From: Acinetobacter bohemicus ANC 3994
GTDB taxonomy: Bacteria; Pseudomonadota; Gammaproteobacteria; Pseudomonadales; Moraxellaceae
Length of the DNA: 32,000 nt
NCBI RefSeq assembly: GCF_000367925.1
Contig: NZ_KB849164.1
Location: forward strand, 711,383-743,382
Reading direction: 5' to 3'
The notes under the pieces were generated by a model, which searched no databases, was not told the origin of the DNA, and worked only from the letters and a program-made list of their open reading frames with translations. How positions within the stretch are numbered: the first letter of the stretch is position 1; every line of letters begins with the position of its first letter. Of the stretch, positions 17,057 to 26,227 are shown one piece after another. The position numbers were made by a program, and so were the translations under genes.

Positions 17057-19822
17057 ATGTTAATGCGGTTTAAACAACTTACCATCTCCTTATTTTTAGT
17101 AGGCTTGAGTGCCACAGCTTGGTCCCAACCGATTTTGGTTAAATCTCAACAGAAGATTGAGGAATATAAATTAGAGAATGGTTTTCGTGTGATCCTTGCG
17201 CAAAATGATAAAGAAAATAAAGTATTTATGAATACGGTTTATTTAACTGGTTCATTGAATGATCCGCAGGGTAAAGGTGGTTTAGCACATTTATTGGAAC
17301 ATTTAGCGTTTAAAGGGACACAGAATATTAAAGGCGAAGAATTTCAACGCCGTCTTGATCAATACACCTTAATGACGAATGCCAGTACGGACTATTATTC
17401 GACCAAATATACCAATGTCATTCGTCCAGAACAGAATGTGATTAATGAAGTGATTCATCTTGAAGCTGAACGGATGGATAAATTGGTTCTACAAGAAAAA
17501 TTTGTCCCTTCAGAAATTTCGATTGTGAAACGTGAACGTGAAGTTCGTATGGATCAACCTTTTTCTGTAATGATGGATCAAATGTGGAAGTCGGCTTATG
17601 GCAATCAATATTTAGGGCGCTTACCGATTGGTGATTTAAACGAATTACAATCCATTAAAATGGATGAGCTGAATAAGTTTTATCGCACATGGTATGCACC
17701 TAACAACGCCGTCATGGTGATTTCAGGTAAATTTGATAAGGCTGAAGTTTTAAAGCAGATTGATCAAAGGTTTAGTCCAATTGCAGCACGTCATGTTCCA
17801 GCACAGACGAAAGTTCCGGTGCTTGATTCGTCTAAAATGAAACAGCGCAATTTTCTGGTGCAAAAGGGTAGCGATCTAGCGAAATTCAATGTTTATTTGA
17901 ATGGTAAAAATGAAAAGATCAAACCTGAACTTGTTTTAGTGCCTTATTTATATAGCATGCAGCCGAGTGGACATCTTTACCAAAGTATGGTGGAAACGGG
18001 TTTAAGTACAGCAGTTCAATCAACGACATGGTTGGATCAAGACTTTAATTTAGTTTTTATAGGTGCAATTTATGCACCTAATCATGATGCCAAGAAAGTT
18101 GAATCTGCGCTCATTTCTGGGGTAGAAAAGAATCAACCCTTCAACGAAACTGAACTTAATCGGGTAAAAAATCTAATTCAAAATCAGTCAGAGAGTGTAT
18201 TAAGCAATGCCGCAGCATTGGGTGGACGTTTGAGTGATTATTATGTGTCTTATCAGGGTGATTGGTCGCAGTATTTTACCGATTTGGACAATATAAAAAA
18301 ACTTAAACTGACCGATGTGAATCAAACCTTAACCCAGTTTTTAGTCCCACAACATCGTATTTCTGGTGATATTCAACCGACACCTGAAGAGCAGAAAAAA
18401 GCATTAAAGCAAAAGCAAGCATCTGAACCGGCTAAAACTTTAACGCAAACCGATATTCAAGCAGAACCTTTGAAAGATAGTCGTGTCTATCAGCAGGAGG
18501 TTGCAGAATACGTTAAGGCTTCTAAGCAGTCCTTAGTCAATACTGAAAAGAAAATTCAACGTGGCACATTGAAGAATGGTATTCAATATGCTTTATATCC
18601 GACATCGACACGTGATGATAAAACCTACGCCACAATTTCGATTGATTTTGGCACTGAAAAATCATTGTTTAATCAAGGTGAAGTTTTAGATTTGATGGCG
18701 TATTTATTATTACGTGGTTCAGATCAATATAGCTTGCAAGATATTGCCGATAAATCAATTGAAGCGGGTGGTGGTGCAACTGCAAATGCAGCAGGCAATA
18801 GTATTACCATTCAAATTGTTGCGAAAAAAGAAAAGTTTGCAGATTATTTCAAATTTATGTTAGAGGTTTTGAAAAAGCCGAAGTTTGAACAATCCCAATT
18901 TGATTTGATTAAATCGCAAAGTTTATCTGCGCTAGACCGACCTTATACCGAACCAGAAACCGTGGCTGCGCTGACCATGACACGTTTGTTAGAGACTTAT
19001 CAACCGGGGGATTTGCGTTACCATTTTGAACCTGAGGTCTCTAAGCAACAGATTAAGGCTGCGACAGTTGAGCAAGTGAAGACCTTGTATCAAAATTTCT
19101 TTGTCAGTAATCATGCGCAAATTGCAATTACTGGTGATTACCAAGCCAAAGCGATGCTTAAAATATTGCAAAAGGAGTTTGGGGGTTGGAAAGCAAAATT
19201 GCCATATCAACGACTCAGTTCCGATTATCAAGCTTATCCTGCACAGAAAGTTCATACGTTATCTGAACAACGTGAATTTGGTAATTATCAATCTATTTTG
19301 ACCTTTCCTGTCGGTGCGGATCATCCTGATACGCCTGCCTTAATGGTATTTAGTTATATTTTGGGCGACTCACAACTTTCTTCGCGCCTCGCACAAGAGC
19401 TGCGTGAAAAAAATGCCTTGGTTTATGGTTTTGGCAGTGGTTTAAACTTGGATGAGTGGTTAGATTCAGGTGCTTTAACCATTGAAGCCAATTACACCGC
19501 AGGTAAGTCGGCACAAGTTTCACAGGGTGTGCATAAAGTTTTAAATGATTTGCTCAGCAAAGGTGTAACCGAGCAAGAGTTGGAAGCTGCCAAAGCCAAT
19601 ATCTTGAAAAAACGGGTTACCGCTTTAGAAGATGAACGCAATATTCATCGCATGCTAACACCACAACTTGAACATCATCGAGATCTATTGTTCCGTGAAA
19701 AACGTGATCAAGCGTTGGCAAAATTGACTAAAGCCGATGTCGATACTGTTATTAAGAAATATATTAAGCTGGATCAATTCGTTGAAGTCATGGCTGACCA
19801 ATATGGCAAAGCAGAAAAGTAA
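17057..19822 (+). CDS. Secreted M16-family (insulinase/pitrilysin-like, PqqL-like) zinc peptidase, two-module
   Basis: 921 aa with a signal peptide. Inverted zinc motif 'HLLEHLAFKG' and 'ERE..R' downstream. The second half is a non-catalytic M16 repeat. Confidence 0.85.
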   Translation: MLMRFKQLTISLFLVGLSATAWSQPILVKSQQKIEEYKLENGFRVILAQNDKENKVFMNTVYLTGSLNDPQGKGGLAHLLEHLAFKGTQNIKGEEFQRRLDQYTLMTNASTDYYSTKYTNVIRPEQNVINEVIHLEAERMDKLVLQEKFVPSEISIVKREREVRMDQPFSVMMDQMWKSAYGNQYLGRLPIGDLNELQSIKMDELNKFYRTWYAPNNAVMVISGKFDKAEVLKQIDQRFSPIAARHVPAQTKVPVLDSSKMKQRNFLVQKGSDLAKFNVYLNGKNEKIKPELVLVPYLYSMQPSGHLYQSMVETGLSTAVQSTTWLDQDFNLVFIGAIYAPNHDAKKVESALISGVEKNQPFNETELNRVKNLIQNQSESVLSNAAALGGRLSDYYVSYQGDWSQYFTDLDNIKKLKLTDVNQTLTQFLVPQHRISGDIQPTPEEQKKALKQKQASEPAKTLTQTDIQAEPLKDSRVYQQEVAEYVKASKQSLVNTEKKIQRGTLKNGIQYALYPTSTRDDKTYATISIDFGTEKSLFNQGEVLDLMAYLLLRGSDQYSLQDIADKSIEAGGGATANAAGNSITIQIVAKKEKFADYFKFMLEVLKKPKFEQSQFDLIKSQSLSALDRPYTEPETVAALTMTRLLETYQPGDLRYHFEPEVSKQQIKAATVEQVKTLYQNFFVSNHAQIAITGDYQAKAMLKILQKEFGGWKAKLPYQRLSSDYQAYPAQKVHTLSEQREFGNYQSILTFPVGADHPDTPALMVFSYILGDSQLSSRLAQELREKNALVYGFGSGLNLDEWLDSGALTIEANYTAGKSAQVSQGVHKVLNDLLSKGVTEQELEAAKANILKKRVTALEDERNIHRMLTPQLEHHRDLLFREKRDQALAKLTKADVDTVIKKYIKLDQFVEVMADQYGKAEK

Positions 19823-19884
19823 TTTTATCTTTCCTTTGTGTTAAGACCAGCAAACTTAAAAAAGTGCGTGGTCTTCATCCTTCT

Positions 19885-19916
19885 AAACCTCGCTTGATTA
19901 AAGGGAGGTTTTTTTA
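19885..19916 (+). terminator. Probable terminator of the M16 peptidase gene
   Basis: Stem AAACCTC (19885-19891) / GAGGTTT (19905-19911), 13-nt loop, T-run. It overlaps the stop codon of the convergent gene. Confidence 0.5.
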
Positions 19917-20978
19917 TAAATGATAGAACTGTTTGGCATTGTGATGAAAGACTTGTTGCAATGCATTGGGATCATAGGCGATGACGGCATCACTAAAAGC
20001 ATCAATAATATTGACCAATGATGTACTCACCCGATCCATCGGAAAATTAGAAGCAAACATAACGCGATAAGTACCAAAGCTTTTTAGCATATGGGTAATG
20101 AGTGGCATGGCTAAATCATAAACTTCTTGTTTGCTGGCTACGCGACCTTGCTTATGAAATTGATGACCTAATACAGGCATAAATAAACCTGACATTTTGG
20201 TATAGACATTTGGACATAAGGCTAGCTCAGCCATGTCTTCCTGCCAACGAAATAAAATATTTTCACGGGCAATTTTGGTCAGTCCCGTAAGTGTACCGAC
20301 TTGACCAAAAAGCCCTGCAGGTGTGCCAAAGTGATCCAGCACAATGGATGTTTCAGGAAATTGTTTGGCTAACGCAATTACATCATTTAATTGGGTGGAA
20401 TAGACCCAAGCATCAAATGTTAAGTTGAGGTGTGCTAAGGCTTCGAAACCTTTTAGAAATTTTTTATTACGATATAAGTGCGGTTCATCTGCCCAAGCAT
20501 GAATGTTTTTATCTTCATGCACTGCGGCCATTTTACGAATGCCTTTAAAGCGTGGCGAAGCTTTACGGTGTAACTGCAAGATCTTTTTAAAATTACTGTC
20601 TCGTGGGTCTGCTGTTGCGACAATGCCACCTAGTTTGACTGTTTCTTGGTTAAAGGGTAAAGACTCAATAAAATGGGTTTCATCGACAACGCCTTTGCCT
20701 TTGTTTTTATGCCAACGGGCTTCAACATGCACGACTTGTTCGACCAAGTAATGTCCAATATCTTGCATATAATTTTCAGGTAAATAAGGCGCAGTAATAT
20801 GATTGGTTAACCCAAGCGTTTCGATCAGCTCATCGGATTTAACCAGACGTACAAGCTTATCTAGTAAGTAGGGATGCTTAGCCAATAATTTAACTGCCAA
20901 AGCAGCTGAATAGGGCATGTGAGAAGCATCCCATTGGTGAATATGCGCGTCAATAATTGCAAAATCTAGTTGTTGCAT
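19914..20978 (-). CDS. Amidohydrolase-family (TIM-barrel metal-dependent hydrolase) protein
   Basis: 354 aa. N-terminal 'IIDAHIHQW', 'VLDHFG' and 'FASNFPMD' are typical of amidohydrolase_2 proteins. Confidence 0.75.
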   Translation of the reverse strand: MQQLDFAIIDAHIHQWDASHMPYSAALAVKLLAKHPYLLDKLVRLVKSDELIETLGLTNHITAPYLPENYMQDIGHYLVEQVVHVEARWHKNKGKGVVDETHFIESLPFNQETVKLGGIVATADPRDSNFKKILQLHRKASPRFKGIRKMAAVHEDKNIHAWADEPHLYRNKKFLKGFEALAHLNLTFDAWVYSTQLNDVIALAKQFPETSIVLDHFGTPAGLFGQVGTLTGLTKIARENILFRWQEDMAELALCPNVYTKMSGLFMPVLGHQFHKQGRVASKQEVYDLAMPLITHMLKSFGTYRVMFASNFPMDRVSTSLVNIIDAFSDAVIAYDPNALQQVFHHNAKQFYHL

Positions 20979-21067
20979 ATTTATGCCTAATTCAGCGTAT
21001 CCTTACTCTTTACCATACTGCAAAGTATGATTGCTTTGAATGACCTTTTATCCAAAAAATAGCGAGC

Positions 21068-21091
21068 TAAAAAAAGCCCTGACGGGCTTTT
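21068..21091 (-). terminator. Rho-independent terminator of the DUF3144-like gene
   Basis: Stem AAAGCCC/GGGCTTT (21073-21079 / 21084-21090). The minus strand is followed by TTTTTTT. Confidence 0.75.
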
Positions 21092-21101
21092 AATCATATG
21101 A

Positions 21102-21497
21102 TCAATGTTTGTGATCATGGTCATGCTTATTGGCATGAAATTCTTCGTTATGACGGAAGCGAAGATAGTTTTCAAACTGTTCGCAATATTCATCATAGTT
21201 ATCTTCAAGCATCATTTGAAACTGTTGCATGATGTAAGACATGACTTGATCTTTAGCATCACGCATTTCATTGCCATCTTTAAAGTTGTTGGCTGCGACC
21301 CACGTATTAAAACGAGCCGTACCAAATAACATTGCAGCACTGACTTGCCCACGTATTTCAGGTGGCTTTACTTGCGAACCTTTTTCAATGCGGCAAAAGT
21401 CATTGGCATGTTTAATAAATTCATCAGCACGTTCAAAAAAAGCAGCATTTAACGCTTCTTCTTCGGTTACATCTGTTGCTTCAATCTTTTGAACCAT
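21102..21497 (-). CDS. DUF3144-like protein with a His-rich C-terminal tail
   Basis: 131 aa from ATG 21497 (AGGA upstream). 'FFERADEFIKHAN' and 'VSAAMLFGTARFNTWV' resemble DUF3144. The tail is 'HANKHDHDHKH'. Confidence 0.6.
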   Translation of the reverse strand: MVQKIEATDVTEEEALNAAFFERADEFIKHANDFCRIEKGSQVKPPEIRGQVSAAMLFGTARFNTWVAANNFKDGNEMRDAKDQVMSYIMQQFQMMLEDNYDEYCEQFENYLRFRHNEEFHANKHDHDHKH

Positions 21498-21594
21498 GAA
21501 CTTTTCCTGCAAAAACGATCTAATGCCATATTATAGGCAAAGGCTTGCAGAAACTAAACCTTTGGCTTAATCTAAAAATAGCCTAAGTATAAAA

Positions 21595-22239
21595 ATGGAT
21601 AATGTAATGCAAGATGCTATTGCGGTACAAAGTTTAAAAAGTGACATCGCCTTATTGCGTCAAAATATTTGGCCGCCTGTAAATTTAGCCAATGTTGAAG
21701 GCTTGCCTATTTATTATGGTTCCAAGGTTGAAGTTGAAGAATATTATCGACAATGGACAGGACTCATTGAAAGGGCACAGGATTTATTCCAACCGTTTAT
21801 GCAGGATGAGGTGGTAGATGCAATTCATTTACCCAGTCATTTGAACTTGCCTTTATTTTATTTTCATGTGGATCGGATTCGGATTAATAAAACCCGTGCC
21901 AAAGAGTCGAAGACTTTTCGTGGGATTGCCAGTTTGATGGATAAATGCGGACAATATGAAGTTGAACAGGTTCAGGCGATGCAAGCTTGGTTAGAAAGTG
22001 ATGATACTGCTGCCTTAGTTGCACACCGTGAATTTATTGACCTGCGTACCTATGTATTTCAGCATGGGCAAAGTGACTATACACGGACTCGGTTTTATGT
22101 GAATGGTATTGTACTCAGTACAGAACCACACTTTGAATTGGTTGATGCACGTGATAAGCCGCGTAAACAGCGTAACGATAGTTATAGCGATCCATTGGCT
22201 GATAATCATACGTGGAAAATTTTCGGCAAATATCGCTAA
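21595..22239 (+). CDS. Hypothetical protein
   Basis: 214-aa ORF, divergent from the DUF3144-like gene. No family recognised. Confidence 0.5.
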   Translation: MDNVMQDAIAVQSLKSDIALLRQNIWPPVNLANVEGLPIYYGSKVEVEEYYRQWTGLIERAQDLFQPFMQDEVVDAIHLPSHLNLPLFYFHVDRIRINKTRAKESKTFRGIASLMDKCGQYEVEQVQAMQAWLESDDTAALVAHREFIDLRTYVFQHGQSDYTRTRFYVNGIVLSTEPHFELVDARDKPRKQRNDSYSDPLADNHTWKIFGKYR

Positions 22240-22263
22240 TTTATGGTGATATTTGATTTTCGT

Positions 22264-23727
22264 TTATGACCAAAAAGTATCTGTTTTGGAAAATGTGACT
22301 AAATGCTGCTCGATTTCTTGCAGTATGTATTTTTTTTCATTGGCAATCCAACCGAGTACAAACCACACTTTTTGTTTGCGCTGAACAATGTCTAGAAACA
22401 TCGTTTCAGCCACAATTAAATCGTTATATTGTCCCAAACTTTCTTGTAGCGGTTTTAAGTCCTTGAGATACTTTTTAACGGCTTTATTTTGATAGAGCGA
22501 AGCAATAAATTCGACACAATAACGTAAACGTTTGACTCGTTTACGGGTGCGATGTCGTGACGGAATATCCAGCTCTAGAAATTGGTCGGCGTCCTTGCCA
22601 ATTTGCTGATGCAATTTCTGGAGTTTTTTGGCGATATCTTTTTTTAAGACCGTCTTTTTTTGCTTTTTGGTGGGTTGATGCACGAATCGCAGTAACGCTA
22701 ACATTAACTGAACCGTATCTAAAGCACGTAAAGCTGCATCAATCGGAACATTATTTTCCTCTGTAGCGGGAGGAAGCTGAGTGAAAGGCGCGCCTGCTTG
22801 TTGTAGCTGTGGGATGAGGCCTTCATTTAAGGCATCACGGTCTCGCGTTGAACCCAGTTGACGAAACAGTGTCGCAAGTTGTTGTTGCCAGTTTGGGTCA
22901 ACATCATTGGACCAATCGCCAAAAATGCGTAAAGCACTTCTTAGGCGGCGAATCGCGACACGCGTTTGGTGCACATGTTCATGCGTATAGTGTTCAGAGG
23001 CAATGGCTGTGGCATTTGGCAATAGGTGTTGTAAGCTATTATTTACAATTTGTTTTAATGCTGCATCGGTAGAGCCTTGTCGATTAAGTTGCAGTGGAGC
23101 TGCAAATTGTACAGTTGTAGTCTTTAGGTTTTGGCTTAGACAATCACCACGCTGTGCTTTACTTCTTACATCTAACCATAAATCATATTGTTTAACCCAC
23201 GGTTGGATAAATTGAATAAAGTTGGTTATAGCCCCTTTTTTAAGTTCAAATTCAAGCTCATAAATGGCTAATTTTTGCTTGTCGTGACGAATTTCACCCC
23301 GATCCAAACTGACTTCAATTTCTGCATGATTATAATGCACCACATAAACGAGGCGATTTACATCGGTCTCAAATTGCATGCTTAAATTTTTAGCCTGTTT
23401 GCCTAAAGCATGCTCTAGCACTTTTTTTGCTTGTGGATGTGATTGATAAATTTCGAGATTTAAAGCGGGATGTTCTAGTGGTCCTAAATCAATTTCTAAT
23501 TCAAAGCGTTCTAAATGATGCTCACTCGACGCCTTTAAGGTTTGTATCCAGTGTGTGTCTTCAAGGCGTTGTCGCAATGAAATATGCTGTTGGGCTAAAT
23601 GCCGTTCGGGCGTATCGTAGTATTGTACAAATAGTGAGCGGGGCTGCGCATTTTTAGCCAAAAACAGTTGGTAGAGTTTTTTTTGATGTTGCGCGGGAAT
23701 CTGAAATTTTAATTCAACTTCTAGCAT
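22264..23727 (-). CDS. CYTH plus CHAD domain protein (triphosphate tunnel metalloenzyme fused to a polyphosphate-associated CHAD domain), canonical copy
   Basis: 487 aa. 'LEVELKF' (ExExK), 'YELEFELK', and CHAD motifs 'VHQTRVAIRRLRSALRIF', 'GSTRDRDAL', 'RHRTRKRVKRLRYCVEF' and 'LGQYNDL'. Confidence 0.85.
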   Translation of the reverse strand: MLEVELKFQIPAQHQKKLYQLFLAKNAQPRSLFVQYYDTPERHLAQQHISLRQRLEDTHWIQTLKASSEHHLERFELEIDLGPLEHPALNLEIYQSHPQAKKVLEHALGKQAKNLSMQFETDVNRLVYVVHYNHAEIEVSLDRGEIRHDKQKLAIYELEFELKKGAITNFIQFIQPWVKQYDLWLDVRSKAQRGDCLSQNLKTTTVQFAAPLQLNRQGSTDAALKQIVNNSLQHLLPNATAIASEHYTHEHVHQTRVAIRRLRSALRIFGDWSNDVDPNWQQQLATLFRQLGSTRDRDALNEGLIPQLQQAGAPFTQLPPATEENNVPIDAALRALDTVQLMLALLRFVHQPTKKQKKTVLKKDIAKKLQKLHQQIGKDADQFLELDIPSRHRTRKRVKRLRYCVEFIASLYQNKAVKKYLKDLKPLQESLGQYNDLIVAETMFLDIVQRKQKVWFVLGWIANEKKYILQEIEQHLVTFSKTDTFWS

Positions 23728-23896
23728 ATCAAAACTCCTGACATTTTATTATTCATGTCGTTCTATTTTAATTGTAAGTCAGGCCGAAAAAAATAGTAGT
23801 AGTGTTATGCTGAAAAGTAGATCAAGCATATCGTCCAAAATATCGAGATTTATTCGAATAGAGAACCATATGCTTTAATTTTAGGCTTTGGATCGT

Positions 23897-25357
23897 TTAT
23901 TTAATAAATTTCCGGCTGACGAGGAACTGTTCGGTCGCTTCAAGTAAATGCTGCGCATAAACCTCTTGTTTCGCGGTGAGCCAACCCAAAACAAACCAGT
24001 CACTGGCTTCAAGTTCCGTTTGTTGAATATAAGCTGCGGAAGAAGCCAGAATTTGATATTCACTGGCTGCAAGCTGAGCGTCATTTAAAGCTTTGCTATA
24101 TTTTTGCAAATTTTTAACATCATAAATCGAGGTTAAAATAGGGAAGCTAAATTTTAACTCATGAATTTTAGTGGATAATTTATCGAGGCTTTCAAAGTCA
24201 GCAATATCGGCACTGGCCAAACTGTCTTGTAATTGCTTGTATTGATTTTGCAATGTGTTTTGAGCAAACCATTTTAAATCGTGGGCTTGGGGTTTTTCCT
24301 CATGCTCTAAACTAAACATCAAGAGTTCCAAATAGTGATGTACGTTTTGCGTTGAGCGAACTAAATTGGACAACTTTTCTTTGGCATACAAAATATCTTT
24401 GGTCAGATTGGATGCGGTATTGGGATTTTGTAAGAAAGCTCCCAAAGTAGTTTGCATGTGTTCCAAATGCTGTAAATGATCAAACTGCTGTTTAAATGCA
24501 CCCAGTTGCATGGCCCATTTATCCGAAACGACTTCATTCCAATCTTTAAATAAAGATAGCGTTAAATTCAAATGATCTAAGGCAATTTGGGCTTGTTGAA
24601 CATGTTCTTTTTCCGCCACGACAGCTGCAATGGCCGCAATATTTGGCAGTAAATGTTGTAATTGTTGAGCAATCAGTAGTCGTAAGTTTTTGTTGGCAGC
24701 GTCTTTTTTACTTAACGTAAATTCTTTTGCTGATTTTGCCGGACTGACTTTTTGATGTTTAGCTAAAAGATGGCCTACTTCAGCTTTACTACGAACATCT
24801 AACCAAAGTTGGTATTTTTTTACCCATTCAAAACTAAAGGCTAAAAGGGCTTGGATGGAGCCTGCTTTAAGCTCAAATTCAACTTCATGAACTTCCCGTT
24901 GTGCTGTTTCAGTACGGACTTCACCGACATCTAAACTGACCTCAATATCAGTTTCTTCAAATTGAAGAACGCGAAAAGTGCGCTGAATATCTGTCTCAAA
25001 TTGTAATTTAAGTTGCGCTTGTGAGTTGCCCAAAGCATTGCTAAGGATTTGCTGTGCTTCAGCATCATTATTATAAATAGTTAAATCAAGCTCTGGTGCT
25101 TGCTCTTGTTCACCAAGGTCGTAATTGTGCTCAAAGCGGTGTAAATGGCTTTTTCCCGCAGCCTTTAAGGTCTGAATCCAACGTGTACCTTCTAATCGTT
25201 GTCTTAAGGCAACACCATGTTGTGAAAGCAAGCATTCTTCAGTGTCATAATATTTTGCTTTAAGTTGAATAATTTCTGATTTTTTAGGATCTAATGCTTT
25301 GAGTAAAGCATTACGTCGTGCTTCAGGAATTTGAAATTTTAATTCAACTTCGACCAT
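23897..25357 (-). CDS. CYTH plus CHAD-like protein, divergent paralog with degenerate CHAD motifs
   Basis: 486 aa. The CYTH signature is intact ('VEVELKF', 'HEVEFELK'). The CHAD-equivalent segments read 'VQQAQIALDHLNLTLSLF' and 'LSTKIHELKFSFPI', so the basic residues are lost. Confidence 0.8.
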   Translation of the reverse strand: MVEVELKFQIPEARRNALLKALDPKKSEIIQLKAKYYDTEECLLSQHGVALRQRLEGTRWIQTLKAAGKSHLHRFEHNYDLGEQEQAPELDLTIYNNDAEAQQILSNALGNSQAQLKLQFETDIQRTFRVLQFEETDIEVSLDVGEVRTETAQREVHEVEFELKAGSIQALLAFSFEWVKKYQLWLDVRSKAEVGHLLAKHQKVSPAKSAKEFTLSKKDAANKNLRLLIAQQLQHLLPNIAAIAAVVAEKEHVQQAQIALDHLNLTLSLFKDWNEVVSDKWAMQLGAFKQQFDHLQHLEHMQTTLGAFLQNPNTASNLTKDILYAKEKLSNLVRSTQNVHHYLELLMFSLEHEEKPQAHDLKWFAQNTLQNQYKQLQDSLASADIADFESLDKLSTKIHELKFSFPILTSIYDVKNLQKYSKALNDAQLAASEYQILASSAAYIQQTELEASDWFVLGWLTAKQEVYAQHLLEATEQFLVSRKFIK

Positions 25358-25621
25358 GATCTTTCATCCTAATTTTTTGACGCTATGTTAGACATAAAAA
25401 GCGTCATCTTTACGGTAGAAATGCGTTATGAAAAAATGATTCTTAATAGCGCTTGAATTGTATTCTTTCTTTTAAGCCTTCAATTGTAGCGAAAATGATT
25501 TTTCATGTAAGACTTGACGACGCAATTCTTCTGTCATTGCATTTGAAATGAACAAAAAGTTATCGCGAGGAACACTTTTGTTTGTATGTGAAATACGCTA
25601 ACGTAAAGAAAAATAAACAGG

Positions 25622-26014
25622 ATGATAAAAATGAATGCACCCGTAGAGCTTAAATTGGAACTTAATTCGCAACCAGAATTTCAACTGCCGATTCAAAATT
25701 ATCATGAATTTTATCGCTTTTATTTAACCGAGCATCGAAATATCATCAGTCGCCGTTTACACGTATTTGGCAGTAGTGTCGGTATATATTTCTTTGGCAA
25801 AGCGATTCGTCAAAGAAAGCCAAAATATTTTATCTATGGGCTGTTATCCTGCTATGCTTGTGCATGGGTCGGACATTTCGTTTTTGAGAAAAACAAACCG
25901 GCTAGTTTTAAACAACCGATCTACAGTTTTATTTCGGATTGGCGTATGTTTTCCGATGTATTACGAGGAAATTTAAGTTTAAAAGACCGCTCATTGGATA
26001 AAATTTCAAGCTAA
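25622..26014 (+). CDS. DUF962 (Mpo1-like) membrane protein
   Basis: 130 aa. 'FYLTEHRN..SRRLHVFG' and 'WVGHFVFEKNKPASF' match my memory of DUF962. An alternative start is ATG 25631. Confidence 0.6.
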   Translation: MIKMNAPVELKLELNSQPEFQLPIQNYHEFYRFYLTEHRNIISRRLHVFGSSVGIYFFGKAIRQRKPKYFIYGLLSCYACAWVGHFVFEKNKPASFKQPIYSFISDWRMFSDVLRGNLSLKDRSLDKISS

Positions 26015-26104
26015 TGAGAGAACTAAAGCATGATTTAGCCATCATAATAATGCTGGTATGAAAAACAGGTCGCACTTTGATCAAAAATTTAAACTGCTTA
26101 GGGC

Positions 26105-26133
26105 TTGCAAAAATAGAATGAATATTCTATTAA
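26105..26133 (+). promoter_or_regulatory. Orphan sigma70-like promoter with an embedded 8-bp inverted repeat
   Basis: TTGCAA (26105-26110), 17-nt spacer, TATTAA (26128-26133). AATAGAAT (26112-26119) / ATTCTATT (26124-26131) inverted repeat lies inside the spacer and the -10. Confidence 0.45.
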
Positions 26134-26139
26134 TAGTTA

Positions 26140-26227
26140 TATGTTGAATTGTTGATCTTTTAGATTAAACAAAAATACAAATTTAAAGCTTTCCAAGCCT
26201 AGAGCGACCTTTCTCTGGGCTTTTTTT
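26140..26227 (+). ncRNA. Candidate small RNA (about 90 nt) ending at a strong intrinsic terminator
   Basis: Runs from the promoter above to the terminator stem AAGCCTAGAG (26195-26204) / CTCTGGGCTT (26213-26222) plus T7. There is no ORF of 60 aa or more, and it lies about 190 nt beyond the upstream gene's stop. Confidence 0.35.

Noticed and set aside
20987-21208. 73-aa minus-strand ORF overlapping the 3' end of the DUF3144-like gene and the terminator
   Set aside because: It spans an intrinsic terminator and overlaps a better-supported CDS. It has no RBS and an AT-rich low-complexity translation.
23804-23815. 12-mer GTTATGCTGAAA shared with the IS left end (15711-15722)
   Set aside because: A single 12-nt match in 32 kb of AT-rich sequence is within chance expectation, and the flanking bases do not extend the similarity. 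It is not evidence of a second IS end or a solo end.
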